Source: Raillietiella orientalis
Lineage: Eukaryota
DNA length: 64,000 nt
Assembly (NCBI GenBank): GCA_036172245.1
Contig: JAYWIR010000043.1
Span: 558,001 to 622,000 of the forward strand
Reading direction: 5' to 3'
The translations under genes and the position numbers were made by a program. Shown piece after piece: positions 26,101 to 38,189 of this stretch; position 1 is the first letter of the stretch; the number at the start of each line of letters is the position of its first letter. The notes beneath the pieces are model-generated. The model made no database searches. It had not been told where the DNA came from and saw nothing but the letters and a program-made list of their open reading frames with translations.

Positions 26101-29100
26101 TTTCCGCAACTCAGGCATCCTACCATCATGGAAAACTTAAGCATCCTATGAAAATGCAGTCTGACTTCACTCAACTTCCATGACCTTCACTTCCTGGAGA
26201 TTGCAACGAAACTTCCAAAGATCGACTATCACGGAAAAGGTATCTTCGACCACTGGAGGACTTACAGGGTAGAGCATTATTCGAAAAAAAAAAAAAAAAA
26301 AGAGCCACTGTTCCAGACAAAAAGCATTTCCAGTCGTCTGATGAGGTCCCACTGCTCCAAAATGCAACGTCAACGAATCTCTCTCTTTATCGGAAGCTGT
26401 GCTGCATTTAAAACGTTCTCTAATGATTCCCCTTTGACTCTCAGGTATGCTGTAGGGGATGAGAAGCATCCACCCTTTCTGGCTGTGATCGAGAGAAAAG
26501 GAGCACCTTCTTCTCTCGGATGTGGCCTTCTCCTTGACTGCTCTCTCTTACGTACGTAATCGCGACGAATCGATTTCTCAGCAGCTTTCAATTCTCCCTT
26601 AGGAACTTTTCCGTTTCCATCTCTTCACGTCTAAAACAGATGAATTCTGCATTTCGATGCCAGTAAGAGAGGGAAGCAAGGAAATCTTCCGGAGACACAA
26701 GACTTCAGTCAATCCCTTGAACCCTCTCCTAAGAAGGCTGGTCAAGAAAGGTGACTGTCACACCGGAGAAGACCAAAACCCAAGCAGGGAAACTCTCTCA
26801 AGAAGCAGGCTTGAAACGGAGACTTAAGAGACATTTTCCACGATCTCCAGAGAGCTCCAAAACTTGGTTTCAAATCATGGATGCAAGTGATCGAGTGCCT
26901 TCTTAGATTCCCTCGAAACATTACTCGTTTCCGTGGTATCTTCAAGGGAAAAATCTCTTTAGGAAGCTCTCGGTGATCAGAAAAACTACAAGCGGAAGTC
27001 TGCAGGAGACCAACACTTTTGGGATGACATTCTCAGCTTACACTGCCATCCCTCAGAAACTCGTGTGCCCTCAGATCTAAACGCCATCACACAGCATCCT
27101 TCATAGGATGACCCTTACAGACTGCTCAAGACGGAGATTTCCTATTTCTGCAGCAGTGGCAGATGAATCTGCCAAGAGTCAGATCTGCAGGTCTGCACCT
27201 TAGAAGGATGGTGTGCCCTCTATTTGGAGGACTTCTCAGGGTATCTTGCCTTTCCCAGCTTCCTCCGAGGGAGAATCCCTGTCGCTCATTGGCCGTCAAC
27301 AATTTTCCGTTACAGAATCCTGCAAACTCACGTCCGTGTCCCCCATTTTCAACGTCTCCAATTACCGAAGGAAAGAGTGGTGGAGGAAAGGAACGACTGA
27401 AGGTCATCTCTGTTTCCTTGGTTCTTCCCAGTGGGAGAGCTCTTGTCCTTTTCATGGCTGCTCAGAGACAGAGTTCTCTCTTTTTCCCTTCACGCCTAGC
27501 CCAGCTTTGCCTTCACTGCAAACGATCGCGTGCTCAGGTTCCCGGCCTGCTAAAGCATTTCAGGAATGCGCTCAGAGGGATCGCTCTCGAGAGAAGATAA
27601 GAGCAGCGATCCAGGAGAGGCTCCGTTTCCTTCAAAAGGGGATCGAAACGAAGAGAGAAGGAGCACAAGAAAGAGGGTGGCAAGGAGACGAACTCCCCAT
27701 GAGTGATGTTTCGGTTTCAAAGGCAGATCGAGTCCAGAGAAAGTTCGGGGCACAGCATCCCTACTTCCGAAACCCTTGACCCTTACTCCCGCGGACCCTG
27801 GATCGGCCCTTCGCACATTGGGGAGAAGGAGCGAGGACTTGCTATCAGCGAGCACGCTCTCCTCCAACTAATCGCATCCTCGTGATCGCCTCCTCTCCAT
27901 CATGGAGAGGGGAGAGAAAGACAAGAGGAAGAAGGCCATGGAATAAAGGAAGTCGGCTTGAACCGAGCTCTCTGTGAGAAGACAAAGAGCTCGGGGATTG
28001 CTTGCTTCACTCAGACTCTGCCGCGGCAGGAGCTCTCCCATGCCGGGCGGGAAAAACGACGGCTTGCGACAGCGCATCGCGTTGCCATAGTCACGGAGCT
28101 GGGATGGTACGGATGGAGGGAGCCATAGAGGAGAGAGGGACTTACCGTGATCAATCAGCGGACAAAGAGCAAAAGGGGTTGGACAGGCGGAGATGCAACC
28201 GGGCGGTGCTGTGAACACGCGCGATGGACTCTCCCGAGGCGACCTCCCTTTCCACGAGCGCGTTCTCTCTTGACACTGCCGAGGAGGGGGGGGGGAGCCG
28301 GGCTTAAGGGGCAGGCGGAGGGAGGTGCTCATGAAACTGGCATCAGCGGAGGCGGCAATGTGCTTCCCGGTTGCCTCGAGGATAGAGAGATGAGGTTAGC
28401 GAAAGAAGGAGGGCCGAAGTGGGGGGTAGGGAGGAGCCTCCATCCCTCCAGGGATCTACCCGCTCTCGCTGGTGCCTCGGCTGGCTGCTGCCCTCCCCCC
28501 CTTCTGCTCCTTTCTTTGCGTCCTGCTTGTTCACTTCCCGACGGACGAGCGAGTGCACGCGCTCCCCTTCCTCTTCCACCGAGGGGACGAGAAAGGGGAA
28601 GGAGTGTGTGAAGTTTCGGGACAGGAGGAAAACCGGGACTCCGTGCAGAGATCCAGGAACGGGACCAAGGGTGTCGGTGGAGAGCAGGGAGTGACAAGGC
28701 GGAGGAAGCGTGACAGAGGGAAGCGGGGAACCTTTGATAACCTGGAGGCGAGACAAGGACCTTTCGGAAGTCCGACATTTCCTTCCCTCTTCGGCAGAGG
28801 AAGTTCCTGGAGACAAGGATGAGAGGACATCCTCGAACCCAGACTCTGTTCCGCATCCCTCTCTCTCTCTCCCTTATTCCCCCTTCAGAGACCTCATTGG
28901 TCTTCAACGCGCAGCGCAAGGCAGACTGCTGGTGGACTTGCCATTAGCAGAACTCGGGGGAAGAACAAGGAAGACCCATTCTTCGGGAAGCTGATGCAGG
29001 GACGAGCAGCGTGCAAGACGAAAGGAGAAAAGAGCAAAGAACGGGAAAGGCACGGGATGCCGGATCTCCAGGATGAGGAGGGAGGATCGCGAGGAGGATC

Positions 29101-29397
29101 CTTCGAGGGTAGGGAAGAAAATGGCGTCCCCTCTTGGACGACGGCTCCTGGGTGGCGATTGCAACGCTACGGGAGTAGAGATAGGGATGAGTGGGATCGT
29201 GCGGCAAGAGTGGGTGGTGGGGGAACGGACCACGGGTTCCGGTATCCCTCCAGACGTGGGGCTCCCAGCAGAAAGCCCCTGCTGCAGGCTGGAGGCTCTC
29301 CTATAATCCAGCTCGGGAGTTCTTTGCGATGATGCGAGGCCTCGGGCGCGCGCGCCCCACGTGCCGCCGTCGTGCGCGCGCCGTGTGGCGCTGCTCA

Positions 29398-29418
29398 AGC
29401 AGCAGCAGCAGCAGCAGC
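29398..29418. repeat. (AGC)7 trinucleotide repeat (intron 2)
   Basis: Direct reading. Confidence 0.88.
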
Positions 29419-29622
29419 CCCGAGTGCGCGCGCTCGGGGGCGGTGACGGCGACCGGGATGCCTCCCGCCCACCCACTGCGAGGGTCCGGCGGCGGTGCGC
29501 GGAGGCGAGGGGCACCCGCCGCCGCGACTGCGATTCTCTCCGCATTCCCCGCCCCCCTCCCTCCTCTCACGTCGTCGCTCGCCTTCCCCGCCCACCCCTT
29601 TCCCCACCCCCACCCCACTTAC

Positions 29623-29782
29623 CGTTGATGGCGTACGCCGCGAAGAGGTTCCGGAAGCAAACGGCGCCGTGAGCCGGCGGTCCCTGCAGCTTCAGGTAGC
29701 TCGCGTCCGGCTCCCTCTGCTCGATCACGTGCCACTCCCCGTCGCCCAGGAAGTCTCTCACTTTCACTCTCGCTGCGTAACG
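29623..29782 (-). CDS. LolA-like protein, exon 2: RYAARVKVRDFLGDGEWHVIEQRE...CFRNLFAAYAIN(G)
   Basis: Acceptor gtccgtcttcccccag|, donor ACG|gtaagt; 160 nt, phase 0/1, compatible with exons 1 and 3; strong GC3 bias. The link across the 15.4 kb intron to exon 3 is inferred. Confidence 0.8.
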
Positions 29783-30160
29783 CTGGGGGAAGACGGACAG
29801 CGGTCAGAAATCCTTCCGGGGTGTCTCCGGCAAAAAGAGAGCGAGAGGCGCGTGGCCTTCCCGCTTTCCCGGCGTCCACGAAGACCCTCTGGCGAGCGGG
29901 GGCGTTCCTCTCCCGATTCCCGTTCCCTCGCCGGCCCTCTTGCTGAAGGGAAGAGCCCCAGTCGCTCCGGGCTCTCCCATTCGCTTGCGCAAAGAGGGCC
30001 TGAGAGACCGCCAAACCGAGCTCCAGGTAGAGGAGGAGGACTTGGGAAATGGGCAGGTTAGGGTAGGGAGGAGGGAGGATGGTCGGGATGAGAAAAGCAG
30101 CTCTCCGGAGCCGAAGGGAGCACCCCTCCCCAAAACCAAAGCACAAAGAACGGTCGCTAC

Positions 30161-30532
30161 CTGCCCAAGCTCCAGGAGCTCCAGGATGTTCGGCACGTCT
30201 CCGAGAGGGTCCACGGCGGGAGGCGAAGGTGCAGAGCCGGGTGTTTCGCCACTGGTCCCCTCAGGGCGGTGGTCGGGAGGCGGCCGCGGGAGGAAGTGCG
30301 GGTTGGGGATGGTGACGACACGACTGGAGAGGGTTTCGCCCAGAGCTCCCGGAAGCCGGAAGGGCGAGGCAACTTGCAGGAGGAGGAGGAAGAGGAGGAG
30401 GGGGAGACGGGCCAGCTGCAGCCGAAGCGGAGGAGTCACCAGCTGCGGGGGGGAGGAGGTGGAGGAGAAGGAGGAGGGGAAGGAGGAGGGAGAAGATGGG
30501 GACGACTGCGATGACGACGGAGATGGCGCCAT
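30161..30532 (-). CDS. LolA-like protein, exon 1: Ser-rich N-terminus, hydrophobic signal segment (RLPLLLFLLLLQVASP), Pro-rich linker, ends ...NILELLELGQ
   Basis: ATG at 30532 (aggATGg context), 124 codons, donor CAG|gtagcg phase 0; lies in ORF 29804..30961. Confidence 0.72.
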
Positions 30533-30708
30533 CCTTCCCTGGACCGCACCGACCGCGTCGCTTCGAACCGGACGATTATCCGAGGCGGCCGAGAGGCGCG
30601 GACACTCTCGAGGCTCTCCGGCCGGATCGATACGCCAATCGCTGCGGCCGATGGCGGGCGGGCAGAGCGCAGGTTCGCCGGGCCGAATCGGCGGCGCCGG
30701 CCGGCCGA

Positions 30709-30730
30709 GCCGCCGCCGCCGCCGCCGCCG
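30709..30730. repeat. (GCC)7 trinucleotide repeat (predicted 5'UTR, CGG on the sense strand)
   Basis: Direct reading; about 180 nt upstream of ATG 30532. Confidence 0.88.
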
Positions 30731-33700
30731 CTCCTTCCGCGAGCGGAGGCGAACCGAGGGGTGCAGCGGGAGGGGAGCTCCCGAGAGAGGTGGGAGGGAA
30801 GCGGGCGCGCGTGCTCGCTCGCGAGCCCGCGGGGGTCCAGACTCGCCGCGCCCGTGCCCGCTGACGGGAGCGGCGGATCGCGCGTGCGAGCCCGACGCCG
30901 ATGCCGGCGATGCGTGTCCGCGCGCGCGCCTGCGCCGGCGTGGGTGTGTGTGCAGGAGCACGCGCGCTCCCGCGCTTCCTCACCGTGGGGCCGGAGGGGG
31001 GGGAAGCCCTCGCGGCTCGTTTACGGGCGCGACTTCCACGTCTCCCAGACCCCGGGCCGACCCATTTCCCTCTCTCTCTGGAGGCCTGGAGGGGCCGTGG
31101 GGGTCGGAGTTTCGTAGCGTCGCGCGCATTTCGCCACGTGACGTAAGCAGGCGAGCTTGCCACGCGGCATCCACTCGCTCCTGCCTCTCGGGCGTGTGCC
31201 GCAAACCGCACCCATCGCGAGGGCTCAGTGGCGGCGCTGCGTCCGCCATCCCTCTTCTTCCGGGAACGCGGGGGAGGCAGCCCTGCAGCTGCGTCCGTCA
31301 CACTGCGCCTCTTTGGATTTGCCTCCCGCTGCATCCCATGGCCGGAACGGATGCCTCCGGGTTCGGAGGTGCGGAGGGTCCGCGGGACCGGTCGCGGGAG
31401 ACGACGGAGACGGGGGAGGGGCGGACATTCCCGGCTCCAGGGGTTTCGTGCTTCCGTGGGGGTCGCGGGCTTTGGATGATGAGCGTTGGGTTCCGCGACG
31501 GACCCGGTCAACGGATGTGCTCCTTCGGCCCTCTCCGAGAACCGATGGAAGCTGAGCGCCCTGAAGGGAGGGCGTTCCGGATTCGAGGAAGAAATCGCCG
31601 CCGGGAAGCGGCGCTCTGAGCCACTGCCCCGGTCGGGAGTTGCCACCTCCGACCCCCGTGGGGCTCGGCCGTTTGGCGGACTTTCAGGGACCCGTATGTG
31701 CCTTGATTGGTGGTCTCGAGAGATGAACCCGACGAGGCTCCTGGAGCTCGTAGATGTTGGCTCACAGCATCCCGAGGTCGAATATGGATGGTGGGAACAA
31801 CCGAATATTTCGGTCCAGCTGCCGGTCAACTGGCGAACGCTGCTCATTCGTACTCCGGCTTCGGCTCCCAGCAGCTCTCCGGACTTGATTGGTTATTGGC
31901 GAAGCCTATTTGACCCCCTGCCCTAATGAGATAGGGGTAGCGAGTGGGGTCGCACCGAAATCGTTGCAGTGTGGCATTTCCGAAGTAGTGGGGTGTGTAC
32001 GGAATATGCTCAAGGGGCAATCGAGCATTTCAGATGGGATCAGCTGGAGAGGGTTCAGAGAGTCAGCGGTGGACTTGGGTGGAATGGTCCTTTCCGGCTG
32101 GTCCACGTGTGGTCTTTGATATGTTTGCGTATCGGTGGCCAACGAAGCGGAGGCATTACGGAGGTTTCTTAGGAACAGTTCGAAATGGTGACACCTTGGG
32201 TTTCCTTGGGCTAAGCCCCTTCTTCTCCATTTTTTTTTTTTTTTTTTCCAAGAAATAATAAGGGACAAATCGTCAAATAGGGAGTCAATCGTCGAAGAGG
32301 AGCGAGTGGTGCGTAGAAGGGTGCGCAGAAAGGTCGGAGGAGCAACGGCAGTGCCGGTTGCCACGTTGTGACGACGTTCTATTCACAAGGAATTAGGAGA
32401 GACCGCGGTGGAACCGCGCTGACATCGCTGAATGAAGGCATTCGAGGTGATTCCGAGGTGATTCCGATGGACGAGCAGGCAGCTGACGCGGCTGAAGCCA
32501 TAGGTCGGCTGAGGGTGCTTGGGATGTGGTGGGGGTGAGTACCATTTTCAGAAGATGCCGCACCGAAGATGCGGATTTCGATTTTTTCCTTGCTGCGGAC
32601 TCCGGGCCTTTTCTTTAGAGGCCGCTGCCTGGAGGATTCCTGCCGGGAGAACGCTCCTGCTTCTTGAGATCTGAGAAGAGGAGGCTGGGTGCGAGCTGTC
32701 AGAAGGTCCCGCGATTCTCCAGAAAGAAGCGAACGGGAGCGTTTGTTATTAGGGCTTCTGCTCCCCAGGAAAGTTCCCGTAGAGCTGCCTCTTGGCGAGA
32801 GGGGAAAAAGAATCGAGTAGGTGAAGCCCATTCGGTCCGTGGGGCGAGTCGCCATCGAAGGCGATCCTCGGGGATACGATCGGCCCTTCCCCGATAAGCA
32901 CTTTCCCCCATCTGGACCGCTCCTTGTTCTTCGCTCCGTCGCCGCGTCTCGGGTCGTCTCATTCGGAGCCCTCCGGGAGCGCGCGCATAAAAAAGATTCA
33001 CAAAGGCTGCGCCAGCGGGAGATTCGGAATTCTCGTGTCATTCTTTCTTCCCACTCGGATGGACAACTGCCATCCGAATGGAGAGACCCTCGAAGTTTTC
33101 CTCCTCATCTCACTCCCGCCTCTCCGCTCTCAGGTCTGAAGCAGGGATGGCTTTTGTCTCATCTCTTGAAGTGGGGCAAGCGTCCCGGCATCGGAGTGTC
33201 CCCGAAGTATGCGGAAAGCTCCTTCCCCTCCGCTTCCGAGGCGGCTCCCCGACATGTCATCCCGGGGCTGCTCCCTGCGCAGGTTATTTGCAAATCCTGC
33301 AGGAGCGGGTTCCTCGTTGCTCCCGGTTTCGTCATCGATTTCCAGATTTCCAAACTGCTTGCTTCCGTCTCCCTCTCCCTCCTGCTCTCTCAGCTGCTCC
33401 TTCTCCTCAGGCGAGCGTTGCGGCGTTCATCCTTCTCCAGCCAGGAACTCCCTCCATCTCAACAAACTGCATCGGGGGAGGATTTCGGGTTTCGTTATGG
33501 GGTGTTATGGGGTGCGCCTTCATTCTCCCAAAGCGTTTCAGCTTCCGCTTTCGCATAGAGTTCGTGTCCGAAGCTTTCGCGGGCACCACCGCGCTCCGCT
33601 CCTCCAGAAAAAGCTCCTTTCGTCAGCGATGCTGCCTTTTTCCGATCTCCCTTCGGGCGTGCGAGGCGCGTCACACCGCGCTGTGCGTCTGAAGCGTAAT

Positions 33701-35379
33701 TATGACGCAAAGTTTCCCATGGAATTACCGATTTGAGGTGGAAAGCTCGAAAACCGATCGAGTCCTCCGACAGAAATGGTCGCAGCTCGTCGAGGGTGGG
33801 CGGCTGATTCATGAATTAAGAAAAGAGTGCGCTTCGGAATCCAATCGCTTTCGTACATAAAAGGTTAACCAAAGTGCCCGCTTTCATCTGCTCTGTGTAA
33901 AGCCAGCGCTTTGTTTTCCTTCAGGTCTACGAGATTAGTCATCGGGCGGCTGCACAGACGCACTTAACCGCTCCGGAAAGCCGCTGCCAACGCTCATTTC
34001 ACAGTTGAACTCTCCTCGCACTCCGCGCCGCCGATTCCTACGTAGCAGCAGGCGATTGGAAACCTCTCGTGCTCGACAGGAAGCAGCATCCAGACGCCCT
34101 GATTCGTATGATCCGTCGGTGGCTGCCTCGTGAGGTCATCCCGGGAGCGAGCAGCGGATCTCCACCCCCAGAGCCGGCTGAAAAGCATTCGCCGCCTCAG
34201 GCGCGTGGAACGAAGGCTTGAGGATCCCTTTGGGCACCATCGATCGGATCGGCCGATCTCGTTCGATCACCGACGGAATCAATCGCCGGGAAATTTCCCT
34301 CTTGCGATGCCGCGCGAGCAGCTGTCCCGCTTTCCCGTGTCCCTTTTCCTGGAGGCTTTGCTCGTGACGCATCGCGAGTCCGTGATCGCCTTCCCATTCA
34401 AACTGCGGGCATTTCGGCTGCGTTCCTCGACTTCTGGCATGGACAGCACCGAAGTTTTCACCACCACCCGTTCCTCCCTCGTTCCTGCCGGCCGGACATG
34501 CACTTCATCAGTAATTCCTTCCCTGGCCGTGGCCACAGCACGCGTTCCAGAGGAAGAATCATTTCCTCCCCGTACGTTCCTCCTAATAGTGACAGATCCT
34601 CACTCTGCCGTTCAGCATCCTGCAGACGCTGCTGTTCGTTTGTGTGTCTGCTGCTCCGTGCGCAGCTAAGAGGCGATCCGAGGAGATAGCCAAACCCCAT
34701 AACTCTCCAGAAGCACTACTGGATGCAAGAAGCTTCATCAAAATGTAATTACCCTCCAATACGCAATTCCCGCTGCCTGCAATAATCATTCTCCTGTGGG
34801 CTGCTGGCTGTGTCGCGTACCAAGTACCGTATCTGCTTCTAATGGATTCGCACATTCGTGTCCGAACATCTGGAGCCGTTCAGAAGATAAGCTGTAGTTT
34901 GGCATCCTACCTTGGGAGCGCGGGAGAAGAGAGAGAAAACAAAAAAAAAAAAAAAATCCCAAATTCCCATCACACGCGTTCGATTATGGGCATCCCTTCC
35001 GTGCGATCGCATGGAATCCTCAAGTCGTGTGTTTACTCTCCACATGCCACTGAGAGTTCTCTACGGTTTCTGCAAACACAGGGAGAGTCGTAGGATTCCT
35101 CGAACATTCACTCGGCTTCTGGGAATTTGCCGCCGCGAATCCGCAACGTCTCCGTTCTTCCAATGATCCCTATCTCTTCCTGAATTCTCCCGTGATTTCA
35201 ATATTATTGGAGAGCGATTATCTGCGGGCAGAGGCAAGGTCTGACGTTTTGCTGCCATCAACGCAGCCAATATCTCTCTCTGATCGCTCTTCAGAGTTCT
35301 TCGGTGCCGAGAGTGGGCTCCGCAGGGTGGAGGCTCGTCGTGGCTGCACACGCTGATTCACAGTTAAGCAGTCTTCTCC

Positions 35380-35660
35380 GTCTCCATCCTGCCACACACG
35401 AGTCCGCCAGAATGCTTCTGGGCGCTCTCCCCAGCATGGGATGCAGCAGGAAGGCTCCGTGCACGGCACGACACTACACAAAGGCTTCTTCTCCGAAACT
35501 CACTCATGCTGCACTCCCTTCTGCTGCTTCCACTGATACCGCATTTTCCTTATCGTGTTGATTGAATCCTTTGGGTCAGCTATCTTCAAGTCCTCCTCCT
35601 TTATGTACTTGATCGTCGCCGTTAATCTTTCGCCCCTCCCTGTTCTATATCGCTGTGAAT
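35380..35660 (-). mobile_element. Possible decayed RTE-like LINE C-terminal fragment
   Basis: IKEEDLKIADPKDSINTIRKMRYQW, then IPCWGERP..TRVWQD in another frame, loosely match the RTE tail (NE.LR....DI...I...KW.W.GH; P..GKR..GRP..RW.D). Confidence 0.22.
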
Positions 35661-38189
35661 CGCAGAGAACTCTCTGTGGTCGTGAGAAAAAGAAGAAAAA
35701 AAAGTCCACCCCTTAATCATGGAGGCTGCCACATTTTTTTCTAGATGAGTTGTTTCATGACTTTCGGATAATCTCATGGTTGGCGCTCATGTTCAGGTGG
35801 AAAACAACCTCCAATTATAAAAGACGGATAACTTTCATGATGAAGTCTTAGCGCTGGTAATGGGAGGGTCAGGGTTGCCAGTCTTAAGAGGAGAACAAGA
35901 GCAATGGGTATGATTTAGTAAGTGAACAAAAAAAAAACGTGTTGATGACCGGAAGACTGGTGATGATAGCAATGATGGCAGGAAAACTCCGTCTGAACAG
36001 AGAAAGCGGATTGCAGGTTCCCTTATTTTCTTTTGGAATTGCTCGCGGACGACGTGAAATTCTGGAAAGTTTAGTTCGTTTCAACTCCGAGGGTTCACGC
36101 AAGAAGGAATAAATCCTGGAAAGCACAGAGCACCCACGAAAGATTGCTAAAGATCACATTCAAAAACTTACGCGGAAAGTGTATATGGCGGCAACGTATG
36201 ATCCAGGATTCTCGTCGCTCCGGGCTATGTAGGACATGATCTCTTACACGCAGCAAAAAAGGAATGGTGACGGAATTCTGATCCATGCTCAACACCTGAC
36301 CTGCTGTCTCCGTCGGTATTGCCAAGGGGCTACTAAAAGTCAGTGTGGTTGCAGCATGGCAGAGGGTCGTTTCTTTCTTTCAGCAAATGGAGTTTCGTCC
36401 GAATGTCATGGCAACCACGAGCAGCTCCTCAGAGTCTTCTCCAAGCCTTGCTTCACCCTGATTCCGAAAACGTCTCGGAGGAACGACGCTTCCAGCCTTC
36501 TCCTTTTCGGCGCGAAGCGTTCTGCCGTCTCTGTCCTCTTCGTCGGTGGTCATTCTTTCCGATGACGTAGAAATCGCTTCTGTGCACTTCTTGCAACGCA
36601 TTCGATCTTCAGCGCGTGTTGCGCCCAGCTCGGCGGCTGGCAGCACCTTTGCTGAGATCAACTTTGGTACGGAAAATCATCTTTAATGCAGCGGAACAAC
36701 AGATCACAGGTAAGGATGCAGCCAGGAGGATTTTTTTTTCCTTGGATGCCGGAAATTTCAAGAGTGGGCATTCTGCGGCATTCAAAAGAATGGATTACCT
36801 CGATGGTTCTCCATGTCGCTCCTACTCCTAGAAATGAATTCTGAATAGGTAAGGCATTGTGCATTCAGGATGGAAAAGAATGCTTCTTTCCTTTGCTTCC
36901 TGACTCGAAAATAAGACGACCGATGGAACAGAAGACCTCCAATCAGGAATTTCAGGTGCATTTGATGCCTGCCTTCTGAGATTCGTAATTTTGGGGAGAT
37001 GGATCCTTCTTTCCTGCCGAAACCGATTCGTTCCCCATCCGAGCATCAAAGGAGAGCATTTGTCTTTCAACGGTTCGTCTGCCTCCTCAGGAAAATCAAA
37101 ATCCTTCAAATGCTTCAGAAAGGAAGGTCATGTTCCCTCGTCACGAAGATAAATCGAGAGAGCCGCCACCATCCTCTGGCGACAAGACACAGATTTGACT
37201 TTGATTTCTCGGCCATTACACAAATAAGAGTCTAGAATGAGTTACTTTTAGCGTATCCTCCCTTTCCTCACGGGCAGTGTCCGCACCCTGCCAGTAGGGG
37301 GGGGGGGAGGGGGGAAAGGTTGAAGCAGGAAAGATTTCCACCCGAGTAGGAGGCAATCATCTGGCTCATTATGAGCGCTTCCCACTCCACGTGCCTCCGA
37401 GATTCAAGTCGCGCGTGTCTTGCAGGCAAAGCAGCGCGCGCGCACAGCCACACCGGAACAGCAAGGCGTCACGCCCCACTCCGCACATCAAACCAATGGA
37501 ACTTCCTCCTAGAAAAACGCAGCCAGCAGGCAATGGTGCCAAGATCAAGGTGTCTGAAACGGAAGCGATCTCGGACTGAGGGCGAAAGTGGCGAAACGTA
37601 TCCGCTGGGCTGCTAGAGAGTAAAAGGTGTCGCGTCCTGGAACCTCCCCGGAGAAGGACAGCTGTGGCGAGCGATCCTCTTTCAGGCGGATTCGAAGGGG
37701 AATCGTCACACATCAGTCTCTCGAACGGAACGTCCTTCCAGATAAAATTCTTCCCCGATCTCCGTTGCTGCATTCAGTGACATGGAATGAAAGAAAGGGA
37801 GGCAAAAAGTCTTCCGGAATCGACCTTGAGGAACAAGCCTTCTCGCTTTCTTTCGGCAACTGTCGAGCGTACCGACAAAGTCCGTCCACTTGCGCAAGAT
37901 CGCAGGCATTTCCGATGCAGAGCGCAGTTGCCATCCCTCTTCTTCGCACTGACTGGTTTACTTGAACAGCAACGTGAGGATCCATGGCATCGCTGACGTG
38001 GTTTCTCTGGCCGTCTTATGGAACGATCTGGACTGCGCATAAAACAATTAGATTCCAATTCTCCTCTTTCCTCTGGACCATCACGAAACCACGGTTCGCG
38101 TGCTGAGGGGAGTGACAGGAGTGAAGAGAGAGAGCTCAACCGTATAGTTCAGGTTGTCGTCCAGGTGACCCGGCTCTGGTGGCATCTTC

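Larger units (their letters stand above)
1..30532 (-). other. Gene model (3'-incomplete): secreted/membrane tandem LolA-like (ependymin-related / antigen B-like) protein; CDS join complement(30161..30532, 29623..29782, 13954..14205, 13723..13907, 9061..9235, 4132..4292, 3912..4085, <1..119)
   Basis: All 7 introns are GT..AG with matching phases (0,1,1,0,1,0,0). The joined 1598 nt is open with no stop. Motifs read across junctions: FSIPDGVLC..PIPSLDDHFSLMIESFTE|DSQSITYETIHFDSTEKLVTY, KIVHDFSS|GLQYTIDEETKNCT, FVYVGQ|KKIRMILCDVW, VPLAMITYFTDP|NDVSKF..EFDVSVC. Family name is from recalled motif patterns, not a search. Confidence 0.8.
29330..31700. promoter_or_regulatory. GC/CpG-rich island spanning the promoter, 5'UTR and exons 1-2 of the minus-strand gene
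   Basis: Visibly far higher G+C and CpG density than the flanks (many cgcg/gcgc runs). Contains overlapping CACGTG/TGACGT motifs near 31135-31144 and a (GCC)7 tract. Boundaries are estimated by eye. Confidence 0.6.

Noticed and set aside
26950..27200. DDPYRLLK / ALGDQK peptides resembling gypsy gag
   Set aside because: Motifs are out of the expected order and too short to support a call.
29940..31847. Very long ORFs (559 aa +, 423 aa -, and the 5' part of the 385 aa - ORF)
   Set aside because: Expected from stop-codon scarcity in very GC-rich DNA; Arg/Gly/Pro/Ala low-complexity translations. Only 30161-30532 has gene-like support.
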